From: Nannocystis bainbridge
GTDB taxonomy: Bacteria > Myxococcota_A > Polyangia > Nannocystales > Nannocystaceae
Assembly: GCF_028368995.1 (NCBI RefSeq)
Contig: NZ_JAQNDL010000002.1
Location: forward strand, 1,568,001-1,632,000
Reading direction: 5' to 3'
Length of the DNA stretch: 64,000 nucleotides
Every line of letters starts with the position of its first letter. Within the stretch, counting starts at the first letter, position 1. A model generated the notes under the pieces. That model was not told the DNA's origin and searched no databases. It was given only the letters and a program-made list of their open reading frames with translations. Below are positions 1 to 8,242 of this stretch, piece by piece. The position numbers and the translations under genes were made by a program.

Positions 1-680
1 CGCCGCAACGACGCCGAGACGGCCCCGTCCCCCGCGCTCTCCGCTGCGCCGACGAGCGCGAGCACCTCGGCCTCGGCCTCGGACAGCTCGGGACCGCGAC
101 GGGCGGCGATCGTCGACCGGAGGAGGCCGGCCGACATCGCGTTCCGGCTCATACCGCGATCGAGGACCGCCAGCGACGCGACGCCCTCGGCGTCGAGCGG
201 CGTGTCCAGGTCGAGCGTGACGACGTGGCGCCCCCGGAGGCGGCCCGGGTCCAGCTCGCCGTGATAGGCGGTCTCGAAGGTGCCGAGCAGCGCCGACAGC
301 TCGCCCACGCCCAAGGCCCTTGCGAGTTGCTCGCCGCTGCTATCCTCGAACGGCCGCGGGCCGTTGCGGCCGACGAACGCCGGCGAGCGGCGACCGACGA
401 GCAGCGCTCGCGGGGCAACCGGCGCGGGCACTTCCCAAGCCGGCGAGCCGCCGACCTCGACCCAGCCCCACCCCGCGAGGGCCTCGGCGGCGCCCGGGGC
501 TTGCAGGTCGACGTGGCCCAAGCCGAGGAACGCGGACAGGTCGCCACCACGGTCGCCGCCGCCGAGGTCGCGCGCGTGGGCGGGGCTGTAGCGCCCGAGC
601 GGCGCGACGATCAGCCGCGGGGGCGACTCGGCGAGGCCGACCATCCACCAACCGCGCGCGACCAGCGGAGCGCGGACCAT
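1..680 (-). CDS. Hypothetical protein of the integrated element (partial, runs off the window start)
   Basis: Translated by hand: ATG at 680 overlaps the PP2C-like gene's stop (TGATG) and the frame stays open to position 1 (MVRAPLVARGWWMVG...RPFEDSSGEQLARALG...). Not in the ORF track because its stop is outside the window. Confidence 0.6.
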   Translation of the reverse strand, partial: MVRAPLVARGWWMVGLAESPPRLIVAPLGRYSPAHARDLGGGDRGGDLSAFLGLGHVDLQAPGAAEALAGWGWVEVGGSPAWEVPAPVAPRALLVGRRSPAFVGRNGPRPFEDSSGEQLARALGVGELSALLGTFETAYHGELDPGRLRGRHVVTLDLDTPLDAEGVASLAVLDRGMSRNAMSAGLLRSTIAARRGPELSEAEAEVLALVGAAESAGDGAVSASLR

Positions 681-1492
681 CACAGCATCGCCTCCGCGTG
701 CTCCGCACACGTTGCCCGCTGGGCGGCCCACGCGACTCCGAGGTCGTCGCAGTCGTTCGGGCGGGTGAGCAGCGCCCGGGCCATGACCGGGTCGCCGCAG
801 AACGGGCGGAGCAGCCGCTCCGCGAGCGGCGGCTCGTGGCGTAGGCCGTCGGTCGCCACGTACGCGCCGAGGACGGGCCCGTCCGCGTAGAGCATCGTCC
901 GCAAGTCGCGGGCCGCGGCGGTCGGGCCCCGGCGAGCGTTGAGCGCGGCGAGCTCGACGTGGGTCTCGTTGAGCCGCTCGCCCGCCACGGCCTGAAAGTC
1001 CGCCCCGATCGGGTGCCGCGTCGCGTCGCCCCGGACGACGGTCGCCGCCGGCGCGACGATCCCCCAGGCCCCATCGCCCGAGCACCAGATCGCCGTCCAG
1101 GTGACCGTCACCACCGCGAGGACGATCGTTGTCGCCAGCGCCCGCGCGGCGGTCTCGCGCTGAAGCTCGCTCCAAATCCCATGCAGACCGTGATGAAGCG
1201 CCGCGCAGGCTTGCGCCCGCGTGTCGCACGGCCCGGCCCCGCGCCGCAGGGCGGCCATCGCCCCTTCCGCCGTCAGCTCGGCGGCGAGGTAGGCGCCCAC
1301 GTGCGCATGCGATGCCAGACCGTCCACGAGGGTCACGCCGTCGGCGACCGCGAGCACGACACCCTCGGAATGGGATCGCATCGTCGCATGGTCCTGCGGC
1401 ACGAGGCCGCGGGCGGCCTTTGCCCCCGGCGCGGTCATGCAAGCCGCGTAAAAGTCGCGGGACAACCTCAGCGGTTCCGGCCACATGGTCAC
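680..1492 (-). CDS. PP2C-like (protein phosphatase 2C domain) protein
   Basis: Motifs PQDH, VLAVADGV, ATTIVLAVV, SGDG, VATDGL and C-terminal DDL. GTG start at 1492 overlaps the upstream stop (GTGA); ATG at 1486 is an alternative. Confidence 0.75.
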   Translation of the reverse strand: MTMWPEPLRLSRDFYAACMTAPGAKAARGLVPQDHATMRSHSEGVVLAVADGVTLVDGLASHAHVGAYLAAELTAEGAMAALRRGAGPCDTRAQACAALHHGLHGIWSELQRETAARALATTIVLAVVTVTWTAIWCSGDGAWGIVAPAATVVRGDATRHPIGADFQAVAGERLNETHVELAALNARRGPTAAARDLRTMLYADGPVLGAYVATDGLRHEPPLAERLLRPFCGDPVMARALLTRPNDCDDLGVAWAAQRATCAEHAEAML

Positions 1493-1836
1493 GGGCTCCC
1501 GTCGGGTGAGTCGCCGGGCAGCCGCGCCGGCGCGGTGAGGGGGTCGCTCTCGACGCTTGCCCGACGGCCGTCCGCGTCGCCGACGAGGTCCGCCTCGGCG
1601 GGGTCCGCCTCGTACATCAACACGGGGAACGCCCGGATCACGTAGCGCTCTTGCGGACCGGCGGGCACCTCGGCGACGACCGCGACGATCGGCTCGTGCA
1701 GGTCGGGCAGCTCGTGATCCTCGGCTACTTCGACCGCGGCAGCGCTGGCCGACTCGGCGAACCGGATCTCGTCGATCTTGAACCTCGCGATCGTGACGCG
1801 ATAGGGACACTCGGGGTTGTCGGGGCAGGAGTTCAT
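1489..1836 (-). CDS. Small hypothetical protein, one copy of a ~65-aa domain shared with the neighbouring gene
   Basis: MNSCPDNPECPYRVTIARFKIDEIRFAESASAAAVEVAEDHEL...YVIRAFPVLMYEAD, with GGAAGAG upstream. The ORF track allows a longer start at 1911. Confidence 0.65.
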   Translation of the reverse strand: MNSCPDNPECPYRVTIARFKIDEIRFAESASAAAVEVAEDHELPDLHEPIVAVVAEVPAGPQERYVIRAFPVLMYEADPAEADLVGDADGRRASVESDPLTAPARLPGDSPDGSP

Positions 1837-1911
1837 GAGCAGCTCTTCCGGTGGGTCACGAATAGCGACACGTCGATCAGGTGTTCGAGGCTCACGACGC
1901 GGCAAGGGCAT

Positions 1912-2433
1912 TCAGGCGCCATGCTTTTCCCCGTCCTCGCTGCGGTCCGGCCCTTCGGCCTCCGCTTCGTAAACGACCGCGGGATAGGCCCGAATGCGGA
2001 ACCGCGACGGCGCCCCCCCCGGCGGCGCGACGGTCACGACCACGGGCCCGAGCACCGCGTCGAGTTCGTAATCATCGGCGACCGCCTCGGCGGCCTCCTG
2101 CGGGCTCTCGGCCCGTTGGACCACGTCGATCCCGTGCTTAGGCGCGGTGACACGGAACAGCCGCGGAGCGTCCTTCGGCTCAAGCTCAGGCAAGGCCGCG
2201 AGCGGGCCAGCGAGACGCCGCGCCCGGTAGAGGGGCACGGGCAGCACGCTGATCTCGTACATGTAACCCGGCTCGCCCTCGGCGGCCACGTTGACGTGCA
2301 GAGTAGCGAGGCTGTCGCCGAGCTCGTGTTTCTCGGCGAAGAGTTCGGCGGCCGCCTCCGGGCTCGCAGCGTCGATCGTCTCGGCGCTGTCCAGAAACGT
2401 CACTCGGTAAGGGCGGCACGGGCAGCGGGTCAC
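1912..2433 (-). CDS. Hypothetical protein with two copies of a ~65-aa domain
   Basis: GTG at 2433 overlaps the integrase stop (GTGA). Two internal units of pattern (Y/F)RVT...A.SP..AAE..A...EL...P...Y.A. Confidence 0.7.
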   Translation of the reverse strand: MTRCPCRPYRVTFLDSAETIDAASPEAAAELFAEKHELGDSLATLHVNVAAEGEPGYMYEISVLPVPLYRARRLAGPLAALPELEPKDAPRLFRVTAPKHGIDVVQRAESPQEAAEAVADDYELDAVLGPVVVTVAPPGGAPSRFRIRAYPAVVYEAEAEGPDRSEDGEKHGA

Positions 2434-3989
2434 GATGCCCCCCTCTTGCGCATGCCGAGGGCGGCCACCTGCTCGGCGGCCCGCCTCGCGCCCTCGCTCT
2501 CGGCTCCTTCGCCGTAGACGCGGAGCGTCGTCCGGGGGTTCGTGTGGCCAAGCGCCATCATGATCCCCATCAGGTCGACGTTGCACGCCAGTGCTCGATG
2601 CGTGAACGTGTGGCGCATGTCGTGCGCCGTCCGCCGCTCGATCCCCGCGAGCGCACAAGCTCTCTCGAGGAAGCGGTTAACCGCCGTCTCCAACGCTTCG
2701 AGCGTGCGCCCGTCGAACAGCGGCCCCTCGCCGACGAGGCGACCCTGGAAGGCGGCGACCTCCCGGGCTTCCTCGTCCAGATAGATGATCCGCGCAACGT
2801 GGGTCTTGGTCTCGGGCAGGTGGACGCGCCCCTCGGGTCGCAGGTCGGCGACCTCCGTCCGCGAGGTCTCACCGATGCGAGCGCCGCTGAAGAGCAGCAG
2901 GCGGGCCACAACTGCGGGCGCGACGTAGTAGGCGAGCGACGGACCGGTGCGTTTCCTCTGCACCCCTTCGCGGATTCGCTGGATCAGCAGAAAGTTAATG
3001 GCGTCGCGCAGAGGCGCCATGTCGGTCTCGTCCACGGGCTTTGGCCGCTCGCGGACGTTCCGGGCCTCGACGTTCTCGGTCGGATCGAACCCCAGCTTGA
3101 TCCGCTTCTTCGTCGCCACGAACGCGAGCAGCGTCCGCAACCGGTGCAGGAGCAGGTAGGCCGTTCCCTTGCTCAGCTCGTGGGCCTTCTCTGCTTCGAG
3201 CGTGTTTCGCTTCGGCGAGAGGTAGTGAAACCACGCCTCCACGTTCTCGTCGTTGAGCTCGCCGAGTGGGATGTCGCCAAACAGTCGCCCCTCGGGGTCG
3301 CCGACCGGGACGTCCAGCTTGGTCTCGAGGTACCCGTAGCTCTCGGCGGTCTTCTCGGAGGCGTCCTTGCGCTGGGCGCGGCGCTCCAAGCTGTCGACCC
3401 AATGCGCTGCCGCGAGGCGCAGCGGCGACGCGATGGTGAGGGGCGCGAGCGCCCGCGGGTTCTTGGGCTTTCGCGGGCGGGGCTGCGCGCCGGGCCTCGG
3501 CGCCTGCGGCTGCGGCGGCGTTTCGCCGTCCGGCCGCGCGACGGTCGGCACGGTCTCCACGGGCAAGCCCAGGCGTCGCGCGAAGGCGCAGACCGAGCGC
3601 AACTGCGTGAGCGCGGCGTACGCGACCTTCGCCCCCCGGTGCTCCGATAGGTGCGCGTACCAGGCGAGCTCGGTCTTGGGGTTGAGCTGCTCGATCGGCA
3701 GGTCCGCGATCGAGCCGGCGGGGTCCTCGCAGCACCGCAGCTTGGGCACGAGCACGCTGCGGCACCACGTCACGGTGGTCCGCTTGACCTCGGCCGGCGT
3801 GCCGTCCGCGCGGGGAGCCGCGCGAGACTCCATGTCGGCGAGCCAGCGCGCCGTGGCTTCCCCCACGGTCATGTGCGCGACCTCCGGCGCTTGACCGTGG
3901 CGGATCTCCGCGAACAGTCCAGCCAGCCCGGCCGCTTCGATTAAACTGTCCAGCCCCCCTTGAGGGGGACTGGTTCCTGGCGCCCGCAC
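2430..3989 (-). CDS. int: Tyrosine recombinase/integrase
   Basis: Catalytic residues all present: SGARIGE (R), TKT (K), HDMRH (HxxR), LGH (H), RVYG (Y). Lies directly downstream of a tRNA 3' end. The true start may be the ATG at 3872 (MTVGEA). Confidence 0.92.
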   Translation of the reverse strand: MRAPGTSPPQGGLDSLIEAAGLAGLFAEIRHGQAPEVAHMTVGEATARWLADMESRAAPRADGTPAEVKRTTVTWCRSVLVPKLRCCEDPAGSIADLPIEQLNPKTELAWYAHLSEHRGAKVAYAALTQLRSVCAFARRLGLPVETVPTVARPDGETPPQPQAPRPGAQPRPRKPKNPRALAPLTIASPLRLAAAHWVDSLERRAQRKDASEKTAESYGYLETKLDVPVGDPEGRLFGDIPLGELNDENVEAWFHYLSPKRNTLEAEKAHELSKGTAYLLLHRLRTLLAFVATKKRIKLGFDPTENVEARNVRERPKPVDETDMAPLRDAINFLLIQRIREGVQRKRTGPSLAYYVAPAVVARLLLFSGARIGETSRTEVADLRPEGRVHLPETKTHVARIIYLDEEAREVAAFQGRLVGEGPLFDGRTLEALETAVNRFLERACALAGIERRTAHDMRHTFTHRALACNVDLMGIMMALGHTNPRTTLRVYGEGAESEGARRAAEQVAALGMRKRGAS

Positions 3990-4054
3990 CAGGAATCGAA
4001 CCTGGGACCTACAGTTTAGGAAACTGTCGCTCTATCCAACTGAGCTATGCGAGC
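3978..4054 (-). tRNA. tRNA-Arg (anticodon CCT)
   Basis: Reverse complement is GCTCGCATAGCTCAGTTGGATAGAGCGACAGTTTCCTAAACTGTAGGTCCCAGGTTCGATTCCTGGTGCGGGCGCCA: acceptor stem GCTCGCA/TGCGGGC, D arm, ACAGT/ACTGT anticodon stem around CCT, GTTCGA T-loop and encoded CCA. Confidence 0.96.
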
Positions 4055-4229
4055 GGGACCGGGAGGGTGGCCGAACTGCCCCGTCTCCGCAAGAGCCGAA
4101 CGCGGCGCGAGGGGGCCACGGCGGGCCCCCCGGGCGATCTTCGGGCCCGGGCGCGAGCGTCGGAGGGCCGCGACAGGGACCGGCCGGGCGGCCTTGACAC
4201 GGGCGCATAATTGCGCGCTTCATGATCGT

Positions 4230-4841
4230 GTGAAATCGCTCGTCCTGCCCCTGGCCCTCTGCGCCGCCCTGCCCGCCTGCGACGTGACCGCGGGCTCGGA
4301 GCCCGCCGCGGCGCGATCGACGACCGTGGCGGCGCAGACGCCGTCTCGCGGGCGCCTGGTCGCCGGTGAACGGGTCGAGCGCGTCATCGCCTGGCCTGAC
4401 CCGGCCTCACGCGACGAGCGAACGCGCGCGCGCCTGTCCCCCGCGGCGCTGGCAGCGGTCGCGGCCTCGCCGGTGCCGGTGCTCGCGCCCGCCGACCCGC
4501 TGTGGCGCCCGCCGCAGATCTCGAGCCCGCGGACGCCGGACGGCCCGGGCTTCGGCTTCAGCCTGGCGACGGCGGCGCCCGGGCGGACGCTGACGCTGCA
4601 CGGATCGCGCCTGGCGACGCTGCTGGCCGACGTCGGCCGCCACGAGGGCCCCGAGCGGCTGCGCGGGGTCCCTGGGTTCGTCAGCGCCAACGAGGGGATC
4701 GTGACGGCGACGTGGATCGAGCACGGGGCCGCGTACGCCCTCGACCTCGAGTGCGCGTCGACCCGCGATCCCGCCTGCGCTCTGCCAGCGCTGCGCGCCG
4801 AGGTCGAGGCGCTGGTGCTCGTCGGCGGAGGTGAGCGATGA
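4230..4841 (+). CDS. Putative lipoprotein
   Basis: GTG start, hydrophobic signal ending in LPAC, strong GC3 coding bias; stop overlaps the next ATG. Confidence 0.7.
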   Translation: MKSLVLPLALCAALPACDVTAGSEPAAARSTTVAAQTPSRGRLVAGERVERVIAWPDPASRDERTRARLSPAALAAVAASPVPVLAPADPLWRPPQISSPRTPDGPGFGFSLATAAPGRTLTLHGSRLATLLADVGRHEGPERLRGVPGFVSANEGIVTATWIEHGAAYALDLECASTRDPACALPALRAEVEALVLVGGGER

Positions 4842-6583
4842 CGACGCGGTGGCACATGTCCGATCGGTCATGTCAGCGTAAAGGCCGGCGAACGACATGG
4901 CTCAAGGAGCATGTCCGAGGGGTCATGTTCTTCGGGACAGTCCTGCTCGCCGCGATCGCGGGCGAAGCGGCGGCGCAGGAGCCGTTCTATCTGCCGGTCG
5001 GCGACTTGATCCCGGGCTCCGGCGAGGGCCTGGCCGATGCCACGGTGTACGCGCCGGGCATGCGGTTCCCGATCGAGGACGGGCCGGCGTACCCGAACTC
5101 GCAGGTATACCGGTCCGGCGGCTACATGGGCCCGCCCGGCAGCCAGTGCGACCCGGAGAACTACGCCTATCCGTGGCGCGACAACTACTGCGAAAAGCGC
5201 AGCTGGGACATGCCGCTGTGCCCGGCGGGCATCGGTCATCAGGGCCAGGACATCCGCCCGCCGACCTGTGAGAAAGACGTGCACTGGGTGGTGGCCGGGC
5301 GCGCCGGCGACGTGACCAATATCGGCAGTTATTCGGTGTACGTCACCAGCGTCGACGGGCAGCGCCTCGATTATCTGCACGGGGCGGTGCCGACGCTGCA
5401 AGTGGCGCTCGGCGACGCGGTGGTGCCCGGGCAGCGGCTGGTCGCGGTGTCCAACAACATGGGCGACACGCCGACGTCGATCCACCTGCACTTCAACATC
5501 CGCCAGGACATCGGCGGCGTCGGGGTGGCGTTCGTGTCGCCGTACATGTCGCTGGTCGGCGGGTACGAGGAGCTGATGGGCCTCGGCAACTCGCCGCCGG
5601 GTGGCTCGCTCGACAAGGCCGACTGCGCGAGCTTGGTCGGCTGGGCCCAGGACCCCGACGCGCCGGAGCAGTCGATCGCGGCGCTGCTGTCGTTCGGCGG
5701 GCCGATGGGCGCGCCGGGGGCGACGCTGGTCGAGGTGATGGCCGACGTGCCGCGCGACGATCTCTGCGCGCAGCTCGGCTCGTGTGCGCACGGCTTCGAG
5801 GTCGAGGTGCCGCTGTCGCTGCGCGACGGGGCGAGCCACGAGGTGCACGTGTACGCGAAGGACGACGGCCAGGGCGCCCCCGCCGAGGTGGCGCTGTCGC
5901 CGGGCAGCTTCGCCTGCGAACCGCCGCCGCTGCCGACCGGCGTGCGCCGGTGGGTCGTCGATCCGGAGTCGCTGGCGGCGTGGAAGCTGTCGCCGTTCTG
6001 GCAGATGATCGTGGCGCCCGAGGCCGCCGTGGCGGCGCTGCCCGAGGGGGCCGATCTGCCACCGCTGCCGATCCTGGCGCGCAGCCCGGCGGCGCCCGAC
6101 ACGACCTGGCTGATCGACCAGGGCACGCGCCGTCCGGTGACCGATCCGGCGATCGCCGCGGCGTGGCAGCTCGACCTCGAGGCGACCGAGACGTGGGCGC
6201 CGGAGCTGTTGATGGCGCTGCCCGAGGGTCCGCCGCTGCGACCGCTGCCAGTGCTGGTCCAGGGGACAGGTCCGAAGATCTACGTGCTCGACGATCCGCT
6301 GTGCATCCCCGGCGAGGAGGAGCCGAGCTGCGCGACGAACGAGAGCAGCTCGGGCGCGGAGGAGCCGACGAGCGGCTCTGCGACGAGCGAGGATGCATCT
6401 TCGTCTTCGTCGTCCCCCACCCCCGGCCCAGCGTCGGCGGGAGCGCTGCCTCCCGGCTTCGGCAGCGAGGACGGTTGCGGCTGTCGCCACGCGGAGAATC
6501 CCGGCGCGGGCTTGCTGGTGATCGCGAGCCTGGCCTGGCGCCGCCGTCGTCGCGCTGGACAGGAGCGCGTGCGCAGGACATGA
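4838..6583 (+). CDS. M23 family metallopeptidase domain protein with MYXO-CTERM-like anchor
   Basis: M23 motifs HQGQD (HxxxD) and HLH, a Ser/Thr-rich linker, and C-terminal GCGC + hydrophobic + RRRRR. The real start may be near 4926. Confidence 0.8.
   Translation: MTTRWHMSDRSCQRKGRRTTWLKEHVRGVMFFGTVLLAAIAGEAAAQEPFYLPVGDLIPGSGEGLADATVYAPGMRFPIEDGPAYPNSQVYRSGGYMGPPGSQCDPENYAYPWRDNYCEKRSWDMPLCPAGIGHQGQDIRPPTCEKDVHWVVAGRAGDVTNIGSYSVYVTSVDGQRLDYLHGAVPTLQVALGDAVVPGQRLVAVSNNMGDTPTSIHLHFNIRQDIGGVGVAFVSPYMSLVGGYEELMGLGNSPPGGSLDKADCASLVGWAQDPDAPEQSIAALLSFGGPMGAPGATLVEVMADVPRDDLCAQLGSCAHGFEVEVPLSLRDGASHEVHVYAKDDGQGAPAEVALSPGSFACEPPPLPTGVRRWVVDPESLAAWKLSPFWQMIVAPEAAVAALPEGADLPPLPILARSPAAPDTTWLIDQGTRRPVTDPAIAAAWQLDLEATETWAPELLMALPEGPPLRPLPVLVQGTGPKIYVLDDPLCIPGEEEPSCATNESSSGAEEPTSGSATSEDASSSSSSPTPGPASAGALPPGFGSEDGCGCRHAENPGAGLLVIASLAWRRRRRAGQERVRRT
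4852..4941. repeat. 14-bp palindromic-unit array (TGTCC-N4-GGACA family)
   Basis: CATG-type junctions at 4855, 4869 and at 4896, 4910, 4924, 4938. Confidence 0.8.
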
Positions 6584-6954
6584 GCGGACCCTTGCGATCG
6601 TCGATGTCACCGACGCACGCTCGTTGACAGGTCTCGATCGCAGGGTCCAGAGGCCACCCCGCACCGAGAGGCGTCGACAGCGCCGTGCGAGCGAGTCGCT
6701 TCGCTCGCGCTGTCGGACGGCATCGCGCGATCCGTCTCGAGTGCTGCCATGTCGTCGGCGACAGTCGGAGCGTGCTCGATCGGACGTCCCGTCACGGTCG
6801 AGCACGCTGGCTCGAGCGGCGGACGCCGGGCATTCCGCGCCGGCGCGCTCGGGCAAACCGCGGGTGCGGCGCAAGGGCGCGCAGCGGCATGCAGGAGACA
6901 TCGGGCGGATCCGCACGTTGATTGCGGTGGCCGGAGTTGGGACAACGATCGAGC

Positions 6955-7560
6955 ATGCGGTCCCGTCACGCTTCCCACGCCCCGATGCTCATCGGTCTGT
7001 CTCTCGCGCTCGCCGGGGGATTGGCGCTGTCCTACAGCGTGTCGGCGGCGCAGAAGGAATCGGCGAAGAAGGATTCGCCGGGCGCGGCGCCGGGCCAGAC
7101 GCTGAGCGGGACCAAGGCGACGCCGGCGCCGGGTGCTGCCGCGCCGTCGACGACGTTGCCCCCGAAGGTGGTCGCCAACGACCTGCGCGACCTGCTGGTG
7201 ACCTTCAAGGACGCGGGCGGGCTCAAGTTGCGCTCGAGCTTCAACAGCTCGCAGCTCGGGACGAAGTTCGCCTCCGACGTGCTCGAGATCGAGAGCGCGA
7301 GCGGCGTGACGGTCAGCGAGCGCGGCAAGTGGAGCTTCTCGCCGCCGACGTTCAAGGTGTCGATCGCCATGAACGCGGAGGCCCGCGCGGCGCTGGACCT
7401 GTGTCTCCGCCTCATCACCGCGCCCGCCAACGGTCGGGCGCTGACGCTCGAGTTCATGCGCTTGAACTCGCCGGCGGTCGACGCCTACTCGCTGTCGACG
7501 ACGGTCCTCGACGTGATCCGCCCGCTCGAGATGGGCTTCATCAACTGTTCGCTCGAGTGA
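6955..7560 (+). CDS. Secreted hypothetical protein
   Basis: Signal-peptide-like LIGLSLALAGGLALSYSVSAA and good codon bias; alternative start at 6985. Confidence 0.65.
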   Translation: MRSRHASHAPMLIGLSLALAGGLALSYSVSAAQKESAKKDSPGAAPGQTLSGTKATPAPGAAAPSTTLPPKVVANDLRDLLVTFKDAGGLKLRSSFNSSQLGTKFASDVLEIESASGVTVSERGKWSFSPPTFKVSIAMNAEARAALDLCLRLITAPANGRALTLEFMRLNSPAVDAYSLSTTVLDVIRPLEMGFINCSLE

Positions 7561-7650
7561 CCGCGGCCCGGCTCGCCGGGGCGCGACGGGATGCGCCGGC
7601 CGGAGACGGGCTCATCCATGGTTCCCGCCTGGGAGTGTTCGCGCGCCCGT

Positions 7651-8001
7651 TCAGCGCACTTCCTTGCACTCCCAGACGTCGTCGGTGATCTCCCAGATCC
7701 GCTCGCCGCACGCTTCACCGGAGGCGAGGACCTCGCGCGCGTGGCCGGGAGCGAGGCGGACCTCCAGGCTCATCGGTCGCGCGGGCGTCCCGGAAGTGTC
7801 GTCCTCGCAGCGCACGCTCCAGCGCAGCTCGCAGCGGACGCTGACCTCGCAGCGATTGGCCACCCGCAGCGACATGCCGCGCGGGCTGGCCTCCGGCTCG
7901 ACTTGGACGCATTCGGCCACGGACTGCGCGGCGTGGCTGGTAGACATGGAAGCGCCGTACGCGAACGACGCGCACGAAGCCACGAACAAAATTCGACGCA
8001 T
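7651..8001 (-). CDS. Small secreted Cys-containing protein
   Basis: MRRILFVASCASFAYGASMSTSHA signal followed by a six-Cys mature domain. Confidence 0.65.
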   Translation of the reverse strand: MRRILFVASCASFAYGASMSTSHAAQSVAECVQVEPEASPRGMSLRVANRCEVSVRCELRWSVRCEDDTSGTPARPMSLEVRLAPGHAREVLASGEACGERIWEITDDVWECKEVR

Positions 8002-8131
8002 GACAACCCCTCGGCGCGGCGCTCGTGACACGAGGCGCGCGCAGCCCATCGACAGCGTCCCTGGCGAGAGGTTCCACGTTTTGTTCGCGCCGCGAGGGGC
8101 GTCCGCATCGGCGGGACAGGGCCGCGATCGC

Positions 8132-8169
8132 TCCCATGGCCTTCAGGTCATGTCCTTTGGGACATGTCA
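8132..8169. repeat. 14-bp palindromic-unit array
   Basis: CATG at 8135, 8149, 8163; contains the perfect unit TGTCCTTTGGGACA. Confidence 0.8.
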
Positions 8170-8242
8170 TTCCCTGGACGCACGGAAATCGAAGCTCGCG
8201 AGGAGCACGCCCGCTCGCTCGATGTCCAGTAGTATGAGGCGG

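Larger units (their letters stand above)
1..3977. mobile_element. Edge of an integrative element or prophage inserted at tRNA-Arg(CCT); other end outside the window
   Basis: Integrase abuts the tRNA 3' end and is followed by small co-oriented, mostly overlapping hypothetical genes. The host 14-bp repeat is absent here. The second att copy is not visible. Confidence 0.75.

Noticed and set aside
3955-3968. Hairpin CCCCC-TTGA-GGGGG just downstream of the tRNA as a terminator
   Set aside because: Short stem with no U-tract; it may be att-related but cannot be supported from this window.
4194-4226. Perfect TTGACA -35 box upstream of the 4230 gene
   Set aside because: Nearby -10-like hexamers (CATAAT, CATGAT) are about 6 and 21 bp away, not about 17 bp.
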